A DNA stretch of 63,513 bases, filler included, from Craspedostauros australis (Eukaryota): the NCBI GenBank assembly GCA_030167865.1. It is 10 parts of 10 records of this genome, joined end to end, with 100 filler letters (N's around TTAATTAATTAA, not from the genome) between each part and the next. Parts side by side here need not be neighbours in the genome. Positions count along the whole stretch, not along the records: positions 30,819 to 51,995 come from JALAGF010006000.1; 9 more parts are not named here. One strand, 5' to 3'. Below are positions 35,882 through 45,532 of the stretch, in pieces (the first letter of the stretch is position 1; each line of letters begins with the position of its first letter). The notes beneath the pieces were generated by a model. It ran no database searches, was not told where the DNA came from, and was given only the letters and a program-made list of their open reading frames with translations. The position numbers and the translations under genes were made by a program.

Positions 35882-37864
35882 ATGCATCTCAACATCGCGA
35901 GCCTCATACTGAGCACCTTCGTGCTGCCCTGTGCTGCTCAGAGCATCTACGAGCATCTCGAACAACAGGATGGCGCCACCGTCTTCAAGGCCCTTGTCGA
36001 TGCGGTGGGTCCAGATCTTGTGTTCCCACTGTCCACCTTCGAAGCCACCATGTTCGTTCCGACAGATGCCGCCATGGCAGCCATAAATGCCCAGGTTCTG
36101 ACCGATTTCCTCACCAACAGCGATTGGTATGAGCACCTCGTCGACTTCGTGCATTACCACATCGTGGCTGGCGAAACCATCCTCAACTTCGACATGACCG
36201 CCGACAATGAATACACCACATTGAACGACGAACTAATTGGCTTCGTCCCTGATTTTCCGGCAGTCGGTGACATCTCTGTTCAGAGCGGCGACGCTCGGAT
36301 CAACTTCATCAACTTCGGCGCCGACAACGGAGTCATGCACTTCATGGACGACTTCTTGACTCCAATCTCGGTCAGGTTCAATCTCTACGATTTGATCGGC
36401 GCGATTGATTCACTTTCTAAGTACACAGAGCTGGCAGAGCTGGCAGGTTTCACCGACATCCTCACCAATGAAGATGCCACTATCTTCCCGCCGACCAATG
36501 TAGCGTTCGATGCATTCTTCGCCACGGATCCTCCTCTCAAGGACTACTTCCAAACCAAGGTAGGCGCCTCTGCTCTCCTCTCTCATCATGCCAGGTATGG
36601 TGCACGCAGCAGACGCTTCCTTCGAGATGAAACCACCTTTGAGACCATCGATGGTGTGGAAGTTCCGATCACAGTCACCGACAGTGATATCAACGACGAT
36701 GGCATCGACATCTTCATCGGCGACAACGTGCGGTTGTCTAGCATCAGCTATGTCATCAACGGGGTCGTTCACATTATCGACGAGGTGCTGGTGCCGCCCA
36801 CAGTCATCGATCTGCTCAACGTCAGGACTCCCAAGTACGACTCCTTCATTGATCTCCTTGACATGGTGGATAAAAAGGTCAAACTCGAAACCACCTTCAA
36901 CTTCACACTCTTTGCACCAACCAACGATGCTCTGGGTCAACTAGACCCTGCTCTCGTCATGAAGCTGCAGACTCCAGAGTACCACACCCATCTCAAATCG
37001 ATCATCAATAACCACATCATCTCTTCGCAAGAAATCCTGTCCTCTGATATCCAAACAGGCACCATGATTGTAACGGACGCTGGCAAAACCTTCACGTTCA
37101 CAGCTATCAATGGTTCAGTTACCATCGACAACATGAGCGAGATCATCGAAGCCGACATCTTCGGAGTCAACGCATACGCCCATGGGATCAACGCAGTCCT
37201 GGCCCTCCCCTGGATGAACGAAACCATCAGCAGCGTCCTTCTCACCACCGGCAGCCACGGCACCCTTCACAGCCTCGTCATGGCCAGCGCATCTGCCTCA
37301 CTCTACGACTCCGGCGGGCCGTTCACCTTCTTCGCTCCACCCGACGATGTGATCACTGCAGCCAAACAGAACTATGAGGTTCTCAGCAACGCCGACCTCC
37401 AAACCCCGGAGGTGTTGGATGTCATCATCAAGTCCCACATCGTGGAGGGCATGTGGACGTCTGCGATGATCGTGGCTGGAGGTGTTGGCGAGACCACGTT
37501 GACTGCCATGGCTGGCAACAATCTGACTGTCGGGTATGATGGAGAGAACGTGACCGTGAATGGATACGCTGTCCTTGTGCCGGATGTCCTCGCTACGAAC
37601 GGTGTCGTCCATTCGTACGGCAGCATCATCGTGCCTAGTGAATTGCCGTTGCCATCCAACTCGCCGACGGCAATGCCATCAGCGATGCCATCCATGGCAC
37701 CGACGAATGCACCGACCCTCATTCCCAGCTCCGCTCCGATCTCCGCTCCGACTGCCGCTCCGACTTCTGCTCCGACCTCGTCTGCGATTCCGGAAGCCTC
37801 TGCGGTCGCATCGTTGCTGGGTGCTGCTGTTGCCGGCATGGCATACCTCGTTGTCATTCTTTGA
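35882..37864 (+). CDS. Fasciclin (4x FAS1) cell-surface protein, copy 2
   Basis: Same architecture; colinear with copy 1. Confidence 0.93.
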   Translation: MHLNIASLILSTFVLPCAAQSIYEHLEQQDGATVFKALVDAVGPDLVFPLSTFEATMFVPTDAAMAAINAQVLTDFLTNSDWYEHLVDFVHYHIVAGETILNFDMTADNEYTTLNDELIGFVPDFPAVGDISVQSGDARINFINFGADNGVMHFMDDFLTPISVRFNLYDLIGAIDSLSKYTELAELAGFTDILTNEDATIFPPTNVAFDAFFATDPPLKDYFQTKVGASALLSHHARYGARSRRFLRDETTFETIDGVEVPITVTDSDINDDGIDIFIGDNVRLSSISYVINGVVHIIDEVLVPPTVIDLLNVRTPKYDSFIDLLDMVDKKVKLETTFNFTLFAPTNDALGQLDPALVMKLQTPEYHTHLKSIINNHIISSQEILSSDIQTGTMIVTDAGKTFTFTAINGSVTIDNMSEIIEADIFGVNAYAHGINAVLALPWMNETISSVLLTTGSHGTLHSLVMASASASLYDSGGPFTFFAPPDDVITAAKQNYEVLSNADLQTPEVLDVIIKSHIVEGMWTSAMIVAGGVGETTLTAMAGNNLTVGYDGENVTVNGYAVLVPDVLATNGVVHSYGSIIVPSELPLPSNSPTAMPSAMPSMAPTNAPTLIPSSAPISAPTAAPTSAPTSSAIPEASAVASLLGAAVAGMAYLVVIL

Positions 37865-38255
37865 TGGGCTTGATGCAATGTTTCAGTGTGGAACGATATT
37901 GTCACAGCCTGACAAGTATCCAGCTTGATGCGATGGATCGCTTGGCCTATCGATCGGCCGGTCTGTGGCGGACGCAGGAGTTGCACGGCGAAGCACATCG
38001 TGGTGCTTGTCGTACTCGGATGGAAGTATTCTAGAATAGTTATAACATAATGTAGTTCTCGTACCGTCATGACCACGACATGAGAGGGCACATGCAGTGT
38101 TTCTCTCCAGAGAGGAGTACGATTTTCAAGAGAATATCAAGGCAAGGTGCCGCTTGTTTTGGGCTTCACCAGCTCCGATGATTGCACGATGGACGACGGA
38201 TGGCATGGTTGATCGGCACCAGGAGTCACTCCGGCCCGTGTAACAATGGTATTGG

Positions 38256-38743
38256 CAGGGACACCCAATAATTTGTCCAGAATTCTGAAAATTACATGTT
38301 TTTGAATCTTGCGGGACTAATACAAGAGAAATCAATGCAATGATCGAATTGTTTGTTGGCTTCTTCAAATACGACAATTGAGCGAGAAACTCCTTGAAAT
38401 GTGTAATATTCATGAACGGACAACAATATAATCGGACAACACAACTGATACGGACAAATATGGACATATACGGACAGATCCGGACAGGGCTCCACTCTCA
38501 GCGGGTGGAAGTACGAATCCATGTGGTTCGAATTTGTCCGGATCTGTTCTCATGTTCATCTATGTCCGATAGAGTCCGTTAAGATGGTCCTCGCCTTTGT
38601 TGAATTCTTCTCTCAAATGGTCGACTTCGAAGAAAACAATGACAAACTTGATCGACACTGTGGTTCTGTCCATTTACAGTCCCGCAAGACTAGAAAAGAT
38701 GTCAACACCCAAATTCTGGACAAATTAGTATTGGGTGTCCCTG
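38256..38743. mobile_element. Non-autonomous TIR element (MITE), hAT-like termini
   Basis: Left end CAGGGACACCCAATA-ATTTGTCCAGAATT matches the reverse complement of the right end AATTCTGGACAAATTAGTATTGGGTGTCCCTG (3-bp indel). Internal CGGACA/TGTCCG motifs. Flanks gtattgg / gtatgg may be a degraded target duplication. Confidence 0.7.
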
Positions 38744-39259
38744 GTATGGCAACATCGTGTGAACGTTTCGCAGAGAGGTGGGATCTTTGGCATCAACAGA
38801 TTCTTCTTCGAGATGTTGCCGATAGTTGCACGCTTTGCGGATGCCGGATCCTCGGATTCGTTCTCTGTTCACCACGTGACATCTCTGCCCATCTTGGCGC
38901 CGATTCTCCCTTTGGGGGAGACATGGTCCCTCCCTTCCCAACTCACAACAAACCTCCACACAACACTTTCAAAGTTGGCAGAAATCCGCACTAACGGCAT
39001 CCACCGCTGCGCCGAATGTGGTGGATGCACGACGCGGCCATTCTTCAACGAGGATCGTCTGCGTCCCCTCCATCCATCGTGTTTTGAGCAAGTCGAGCGG
39101 TCACACCGTCATACTTGCAAAGCACAACCGCAACACCATCGCAGCCAGCGTCACATACCACCATACGAACATCCAACCGGAGAGAGTTCGCGCCAAATCG
39201 AAACCAAATCGAAGCTAAATCAAAGCCAAATCAAAGCCAATCGAACCAGAACATCCATC

Positions 39260-41242
39260 ATGCACCTCACTCTCGCAAGCCTCGTGCTGGGCACCTTCGT
39301 CCTGCCCTCTGCTGCTCAGAGCATCTACGGGCATCTCAGCCAACGGAATGACACCACCATCTTCAAGAATCTTGTCGATGCAGTGGGTCAAGATCTTGTG
39401 AAGACTCTGTCCAATCTCGAAGCCACCGTCTTCGTTCCGACAGATGCCGCCATGCAGAACTTCGACAGCAACATTCTCAACGATCTTCTCAACAACAGCG
39501 ATTGGTACGACCACCTCGTTGAGTTCGTGCATTACCACGTCTTAACTGGCCTTACGATCCAAAGCTCCGGCATGTCCGAGATAGTCCTATACATAGCCAA
39601 AAACCGCCAGCCAATCAGCTTCCTCATTGATTCTCCGGTAGTTGGCACCATCACTGTGCGCAGCGGCGACGCTCCGATCTCCATCATCGACTTCGGCGCC
39701 GACAACGGAGTCATGCACTTCATGGATGGCTTCTTAACTCCAATCTGGACTAGATTCAGCCTCCGTGGCTTGATCGGCTCGTTTGATCCACTTTCCAAGT
39801 ACAAAGAGCTGGCAGAGCTGTCAGGTTTCACCGACATCCTCGACAATGAAGAGGTCACCATCTTTCCGCCGACCAACGCAGTGTTCGATGCATTCTTCGC
39901 CACGGATCCTCCTTTCAAGGACTACTTCCAAACCCCGCGTGGCGCTGCCGCTCTCCTCGCTCACCATGCCACCATGGGCGTGCGCAGCAGACGCTTCCTC
40001 CGAAATGAAGCCAGCTTCGAGACTCTCGATGGTGTAGAAGTTCCGATCTCAGTCACAACGGTGAGCCCCAGTATCCAACCTGACGGCGTCGACATCACCA
40101 TTGGCGACAACGCGCGGTTGTTTACCACAGCATATGCCAAAAATGGGGTCCTGCACATTCCAAACAAGGTGCTGTCGCCACCCACAGTCATCGATGCGCT
40201 CAATGCAAGGATTCCCAAATACGAAATTTTCGTCACTCTCGTCGACATGGTGGAAAGGAAGACGGAGCTTGAGACCACCCTCAATTTCACGCTCTTTCCA
40301 CCCACCAATTATGCTCTGGGTCAACTCGGTCTTGCGCTCTTCAGGAAGCTGGAGACTCCAGAGTACGAGATCCATCTCAAATCGATCATCGACAATCACA
40401 TCATCTCTTCCCAAGAAATCCTGTCCTCTGATATCCAAACAGGCACCACGATTGTAACAGACGCTGGCAAAACCCTCACGTTCACAGCCATCAATGGTTC
40501 AGTTATCATCGACAACATGAGCGAGATCATCGAAGCCGATATCAAAGGATCCAACGCATACGCCCATGGGATCAACGCAGTCCTGGCCCTCCCCTGGATG
40601 AACGAAACCATCAGCAGCGTCCTCCTCACCACCGGCAACCACAACACCTTGCACAGCCTCGTCATGGCCAGCGCATCTGCCTCACTCTACGACTCCGACG
40701 GAACATTCACCTTCTTCGCTCCACCCAATGATGTGATCACTGCAGCCAAACAGAACTATGAGGTTCTCAGCAACACTGACCTCCAAACCCCGGAGGTGTT
40801 GGATGTCATCATCAAGTCTCACATCGTGGAGGGCATGTGGACGTCTGCGATGATCGTGGCTGGAGGTGTTGGCGAGACCACGTTGACTGCCATGGCCGGC
40901 AACAATCTGACTGTCGGGTATGATGGAGAGAACGTGACCGTGAATGGATACGCTGTCCTTGTGCCGGATGTCCTCGCTACGAACGGTGTCGTCCATTCGT
41001 ACGGTGGCATCATCGTGCCTAGTGAATTGCCGTTGCCATCCAACTCGCCGACGGCGTTGGCATCGGCGACCCCTTCCATGGCACCAACACTTACGGCGAC
41101 CCCCTCCATGGCACCAATAGTTACGGCGACCTCCACTCCGACTGCCGCTCCGACCTCGTCTGCGATGCCGGGAGCCTCTGCGGTCGCATCGTTGCTGGGT
41201 GCTGCTTTTTCCGGGATGGCATACCTTGTTGCCATTTTTTGA
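39260..41242 (+). CDS. Fasciclin (4x FAS1) cell-surface protein, copy 3 (660 aa)
   Basis: Start placed at ATG 39260 by homology with copies 1 and 2 (MHLTLASLVLGTF); same architecture. Confidence 0.93.
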   Translation: MHLTLASLVLGTFVLPSAAQSIYGHLSQRNDTTIFKNLVDAVGQDLVKTLSNLEATVFVPTDAAMQNFDSNILNDLLNNSDWYDHLVEFVHYHVLTGLTIQSSGMSEIVLYIAKNRQPISFLIDSPVVGTITVRSGDAPISIIDFGADNGVMHFMDGFLTPIWTRFSLRGLIGSFDPLSKYKELAELSGFTDILDNEEVTIFPPTNAVFDAFFATDPPFKDYFQTPRGAAALLAHHATMGVRSRRFLRNEASFETLDGVEVPISVTTVSPSIQPDGVDITIGDNARLFTTAYAKNGVLHIPNKVLSPPTVIDALNARIPKYEIFVTLVDMVERKTELETTLNFTLFPPTNYALGQLGLALFRKLETPEYEIHLKSIIDNHIISSQEILSSDIQTGTTIVTDAGKTLTFTAINGSVIIDNMSEIIEADIKGSNAYAHGINAVLALPWMNETISSVLLTTGNHNTLHSLVMASASASLYDSDGTFTFFAPPNDVITAAKQNYEVLSNTDLQTPEVLDVIIKSHIVEGMWTSAMIVAGGVGETTLTAMAGNNLTVGYDGENVTVNGYAVLVPDVLATNGVVHSYGGIIVPSELPLPSNSPTALASATPSMAPTLTATPSMAPIVTATSTPTAAPTSSAMPGASAVASLLGAAFSGMAYLVAIF

Positions 41243-42491
41243 TGTGCTTTGCTATTCCTCCGTAGATAAGTAGCTATACCACCTGGTTGTCCTTGTACTG
41301 ATAATGCTGTCACGTTCACGACGCTTGGGAGTAGATGTAACATGAAGTGTGCAGTACTAGATTCCACATCAACGTCGTTCACAAGCGCATGGCGCAGTCT
41401 CTCCATCGGCGGTGGGCATCACATCGTTGACTATCACTAATGCTGCACACAGTATGTGCGCAACAACTTGTGACGGCGGAGGCAATAGCATCGAACCGCA
41501 GGCAAAAGGACAATGTGGAACTGCTGGGTATGGTACCAGTGAGCACACATTTTGAATGCAAGAGCAGAATGAAATCACATGCAGAGTGGAGCAAAGTAAC
41601 GGTTTACTTAGAGCTGCTCCAGAATGGATTGGTCTGAATCGTTCCAACGGCTGAGTCATTGCAACCCACCGCGTAGTTGTTGTTGCTAGCAAAGCACCGT
41701 GGATGGAAATCATCGTCTGGTGCCGTATGGTTGTTGGTAATGTTGTTGTTGTTGATGATTTGTGTGGTTTTCGTGTCTTCGTGTGCAGTAGTGTGTTATG
41801 TGTATTGTCATAAAGTAGATTGATTGGTGTAATAGTATTGTTGATGTCAAAGATCGGAGGATATGGATGTCGATGAAGCGTAGGGGATGATGTTTGTCGT
41901 CGTAAAGGTAGTTTGTGTCATGCCAACTTCCATTCATTCCAAGCATCAAAGTGTTGGTCGTGTCGTTCAGTTAGAGTTGGTGGTGCGTTGCGTTGCGCTC
42001 GTCGAGTGCTGTATGTGTGCGCTCGTAAACCGAATCAATTCATGCTCCAGAACGTGCTGGAAGTGACGCCATGGCCTGTTAGAAACGCGCTAAGTTGTGG
42101 GACGCCCCACGGATGTTGGGACTGTGCGATGGCCATGTGCTCCTCCGGAAGGTTCTGTCGTACTGTGTGATTTGGTTGTGTTATGGTAGATGATGGTTTC
42201 GTCAATTGTGGTCGAATGCGGAATCGTAATATCGAGCGAAAGCAGGCGATCGGATGATGCGAGGATGCAGAGCTTGTGTACACTGCGGTAGAGCATGTCC
42301 TGCTCGTATATGTGCAGCATCCCGTGGTTGTCCTGTTTGCATATGAAGAATGGAGCATTGAGAGGACGGAAGTAGAGTACTCTACAAGTACACGTGGCTC
42401 CGCATGTATCCAAACCACATGGGAGCAACCCGCGACAGCATCCATTGACCATCAAACGCCGATCCAACGCGGCCGCAGCAGCTCCCACCCT

Positions 42492-42866
42492 CTAGTACTT
42501 CCAGAACTTTGGGCCGAAGTAGTAGATGGTGGCGATGAACGGGGCCACGAAGCCTCCTCCCCAGAACCAAAAGTTGAAGTTGCGCTTCTTGGCCTCGAGC
42601 TCTTCCTTGGTTGGCGGCGGCGGACGTTCCTTCAACGACAGCGACAGCGTGCTGGAATCCAGCACGGACCCCATGGTGACGTAGTTCTGAATTCCCTGCT
42701 GCATCGCGATCGACGCAGGCTGCTGCTGGTGCTGCTGCTGAGTGATGGCAGATGCCGCGATCTCGACGGGAGGCAGCTGGGTGGCCGGCATCATGGGCGC
42801 GAATGCCGCGACATGGTGCGCGGTGGCGAGCAGGGCTGTGAGGAGGATAGCGAAGACGGTCTTCAT
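42492..42866 (-). CDS. Small (124 aa) plastid-targeted protein with one C-terminal membrane segment, probably thylakoid
   Basis: Signal peptide MKTVFAILLTALLATAHHVA followed by AFAP (ASAFAP-type cleavage motif), a transit-like stretch, then KKRNFNFWFWGGGFVAPFIATIYYFGPKFWKY. Confidence 0.8.
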   Translation of the reverse strand: MKTVFAILLTALLATAHHVAAFAPMMPATQLPPVEIAASAITQQQHQQQPASIAMQQGIQNYVTMGSVLDSSTLSLSLKERPPPPTKEELEAKKRNFNFWFWGGGFVAPFIATIYYFGPKFWKY

Positions 42867-43830
42867 GTTGGCTGTTGGTGGGATGTGCCTTGAATAGGTG
42901 TGACTCGAAGTGATGTGGTAGTGTCGGCAATGCTTGTCAAGAAGACTCCGAACTGGTGATGTGTTGGGCGGTACAGACTTGCAGAGGGCGTTTCGGTTTG
43001 GCCCTTTGGCTTTCGATGATGTGCTGATGTGTTTCTTCTCTCGTTTCCTCTTTTGGCCAAACCGCCACAGACAACGGAAAAGCACGACAATCCAGGATCG
43101 CAAAGGATCGGCACGCAAGTTGGTGTCACCAACACGGATCGCGCAATCTCCTTTTCTTTCGTTGTGTCGTTGAAGCGTTCTGATTGGACCAATCGTACCA
43201 TCATGACGTTGAATCCGACGGACGATCCTTGCGACTTTTCCGACCAAATCTATTCAAGTCGATCCAGTCGGATGTTGATATTCTTGTCCAAACCACGTCA
43301 GCGAGAAGAAAAAAGAGAACAGACATCACGACACAGAATCATCAACGTGGACGAACACGCACACATCATTTGTGCTTGCTCATCGAAATTCGGAATTGCC
43401 CGTCATCTTTTGTCGTTGATGGTGATGGATGGGAGATGATGGATGATGGATGATGGATGGATGGACGGATCGAGTGGCGATTGCGAATGAATGAGTATGT
43501 GCGAGAGGTGTGTGGGTGATGATGATTCCGATTGGTGATGTGTTTGCTTCAGTTTCGCTTCTGTTTCTGCCCCTTTCGCGACCACTGTGATTGGGCGTGT
43601 CAGAACATGGGAAGAGCAGAGTCACAAACCAAGTCATCAATCCAATCCAACACAAATCACAGCACAAAGCAAATCGCCCACCGCCATCTTCACGAATAGT
43701 CGTACGAGGAGGAGCAAGGCTACTAATACTGCGCCTGGATTCTATCGCATCATAATTGCAACATAACACATCACAAAACGAAACAAAACAAGCAGAAAGC
43801 AAACGAGAAAGGCAACGAGCTGTTGTTCAC

Positions 43831-43890
43831 GACCAACCGACCATCTGACCATCTGACCAACCGACCATCTGACCAACCGACCAACCGAAC
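43831..43890 (+). repeat. Short 8-bp tandem repeat (GACCAACC/GACCATCT) in the 5' leader of the DUF1995-like gene
   Basis: Directly visible. Confidence 0.8.
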
Positions 43891-43915
43891 AACTTAACAA
43901 GACGACAAACAAAAG

Positions 43916-45142
43916 ATGAAGCCAAGCAAACCGTCAACGATGACAACATTCACAGCATTGCTGCTGGCTGCGGCAATGGTCCAACCATCTTGCGCGTTCG
44001 TGCTGCTCGATGCCCCGCATGCAGCAACCGCCAGCTTCCCAAGCATCAACGTTCATCGCTCCCTCCCGTTGTTCGCATTCACCAACGGCAAGGACAACGC
44101 CAGTGAAGATGACGAAGATGCCGCCGCGCAGGAGTTGCTGAGCAAGGCAGCCAAACTGCGGGCAGAGATTGCCAAGCTGGAGGGCAAGACTTTGGAAGAG
44201 GTCGAGGAGGAGGCCAAGACCAAGAAGGATCAGGAGAAATCCAGAATCGCCGAACAAGAAGAACGCAAGCGTGCACAAGAAGCATCTGCTGACAGCAACG
44301 ACAGCAACGACGGCCTCAGCCGGTCCGAACAGGCCAAGAAAGACGGACGCTTCGTCCAGGTCCCCAACACGCAAGATGACATGGTACGCCAGGCGGCCAG
44401 GGCCACGGAACGTGCCTTCCAGGATGGCATCACGAGGCAGACGGTGCGATTCGACCTCATTTCCGAAGACCAGCTCGTGGGCGACGAGAACGAATGGCCC
44501 GGCGGTGCCATGCAGATGTACCGCGAATCGGGAAAGCCCCTGACGACAGCGTTGCTGCGGGAAATCCGCGCGCCGACCAAGGAAGTGGAGGGGTACGACC
44601 CCCGAATTCCACCCACGGTCAAGCAGCAGGATCTGTGGGACTTTGATGGTTCCGCTCTGCACACAGCCGAGGCGGCGTCCGGCGCCAGCGGCGACGTGCA
44701 GGCACTCGTCTTTCCCAACACGGACGTCAAGTACATCAACGACATCAACACGATATCGGATGCCATGCAATCGCGGTTGTTCCTCCTCGTCAATCCATTC
44801 TGGAGGAACGTCGAGTCGTGGGGTTTCAACATTTTGGCGCCTGGTGCCAAGGACAAAGCCCAGAAGGCTATCTTCGATCGGGGTTTCAATGAAACCTACG
44901 TCGCGTTGAGTTTCCGCGCGCGCGACGAAAAGTGCCTTGCACTGAAGGTGTACCCGTACGATTGGCAGCTGTTCGCCTACCTGGAGGATCTGGACTACGG
45001 CGGTCCCGAGACCGTCATCCGGTTAGGCTCCTGCGAGACGGAGCCAACGTCATCGCTCATGTCGGACCTTCTGAATTCAAGGCCAGAATTCAAGGAAACA
45101 AAGACGATGCGGCAAATGAAGAAGACGTTGGGGCAGAGATAG
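43916..45142 (+). CDS. Plastid-targeted DUF1995-like protein
   Basis: Signal peptide ending PSCA|FVL, a coiled-coil (LLSKAAKLRAEIAKLEG), then DMVRQAARATERAFQDG..RQTVRF, WPGGAMQMYR, LLVNPFW and VYPYDWQLF...RLG...EP, as in DUF1995 proteins. Confidence 0.75.
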   Translation: MKPSKPSTMTTFTALLLAAAMVQPSCAFVLLDAPHAATASFPSINVHRSLPLFAFTNGKDNASEDDEDAAAQELLSKAAKLRAEIAKLEGKTLEEVEEEAKTKKDQEKSRIAEQEERKRAQEASADSNDSNDGLSRSEQAKKDGRFVQVPNTQDDMVRQAARATERAFQDGITRQTVRFDLISEDQLVGDENEWPGGAMQMYRESGKPLTTALLREIRAPTKEVEGYDPRIPPTVKQQDLWDFDGSALHTAEAASGASGDVQALVFPNTDVKYINDINTISDAMQSRLFLLVNPFWRNVESWGFNILAPGAKDKAQKAIFDRGFNETYVALSFRARDEKCLALKVYPYDWQLFAYLEDLDYGGPETVIRLGSCETEPTSSLMSDLLNSRPEFKETKTMRQMKKTLGQR

Positions 45143-45532
45143 AGCATCGATGGACAACGAAAAAACAACAACGACATGATTTGCTTGTGAACATGAACAC
45201 AACGGCCATCCTCGCGCAAAACGCAAACGTAACAGTAAAAGGAAAGAGGGCTGAGTTTGTAACACGCACCATTACTCTGCAACATTCGATCTTTACTCAT
45301 AGAATACGCGCGTGCATAGATTTCATCTCATCATGATCTCAACTGTCACACTTGTCCCTATTATATGTTCCCCACATTTTTTTACATATCTCTTCCACGA
45401 TCGGAACCCATCCACGCTCCTCCCACGGAGAACCATCCACATGATACTCATTATCTTCGTCATACTCGTGCGCACATGCATATAGTACGAGTACTCTACT
45501 CGTCGAGCGTATCCGTACTCAAAGTACTCTAC

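Noticed and set aside
38735..39259. N-terminal extension of fasciclin copy 3 (835-aa ORF)
   Set aside because: The signal-peptide ATG at 39260 matches the paralogues; the upstream open frame begins within the MITE end and is probably fortuitous.
42867..43247. N-terminal extension of the small plastid protein (251-aa ORF)
   Set aside because: The signal peptide plus AFAP motif starts at ATG 42866; the extension lies in the promoter/UTR.
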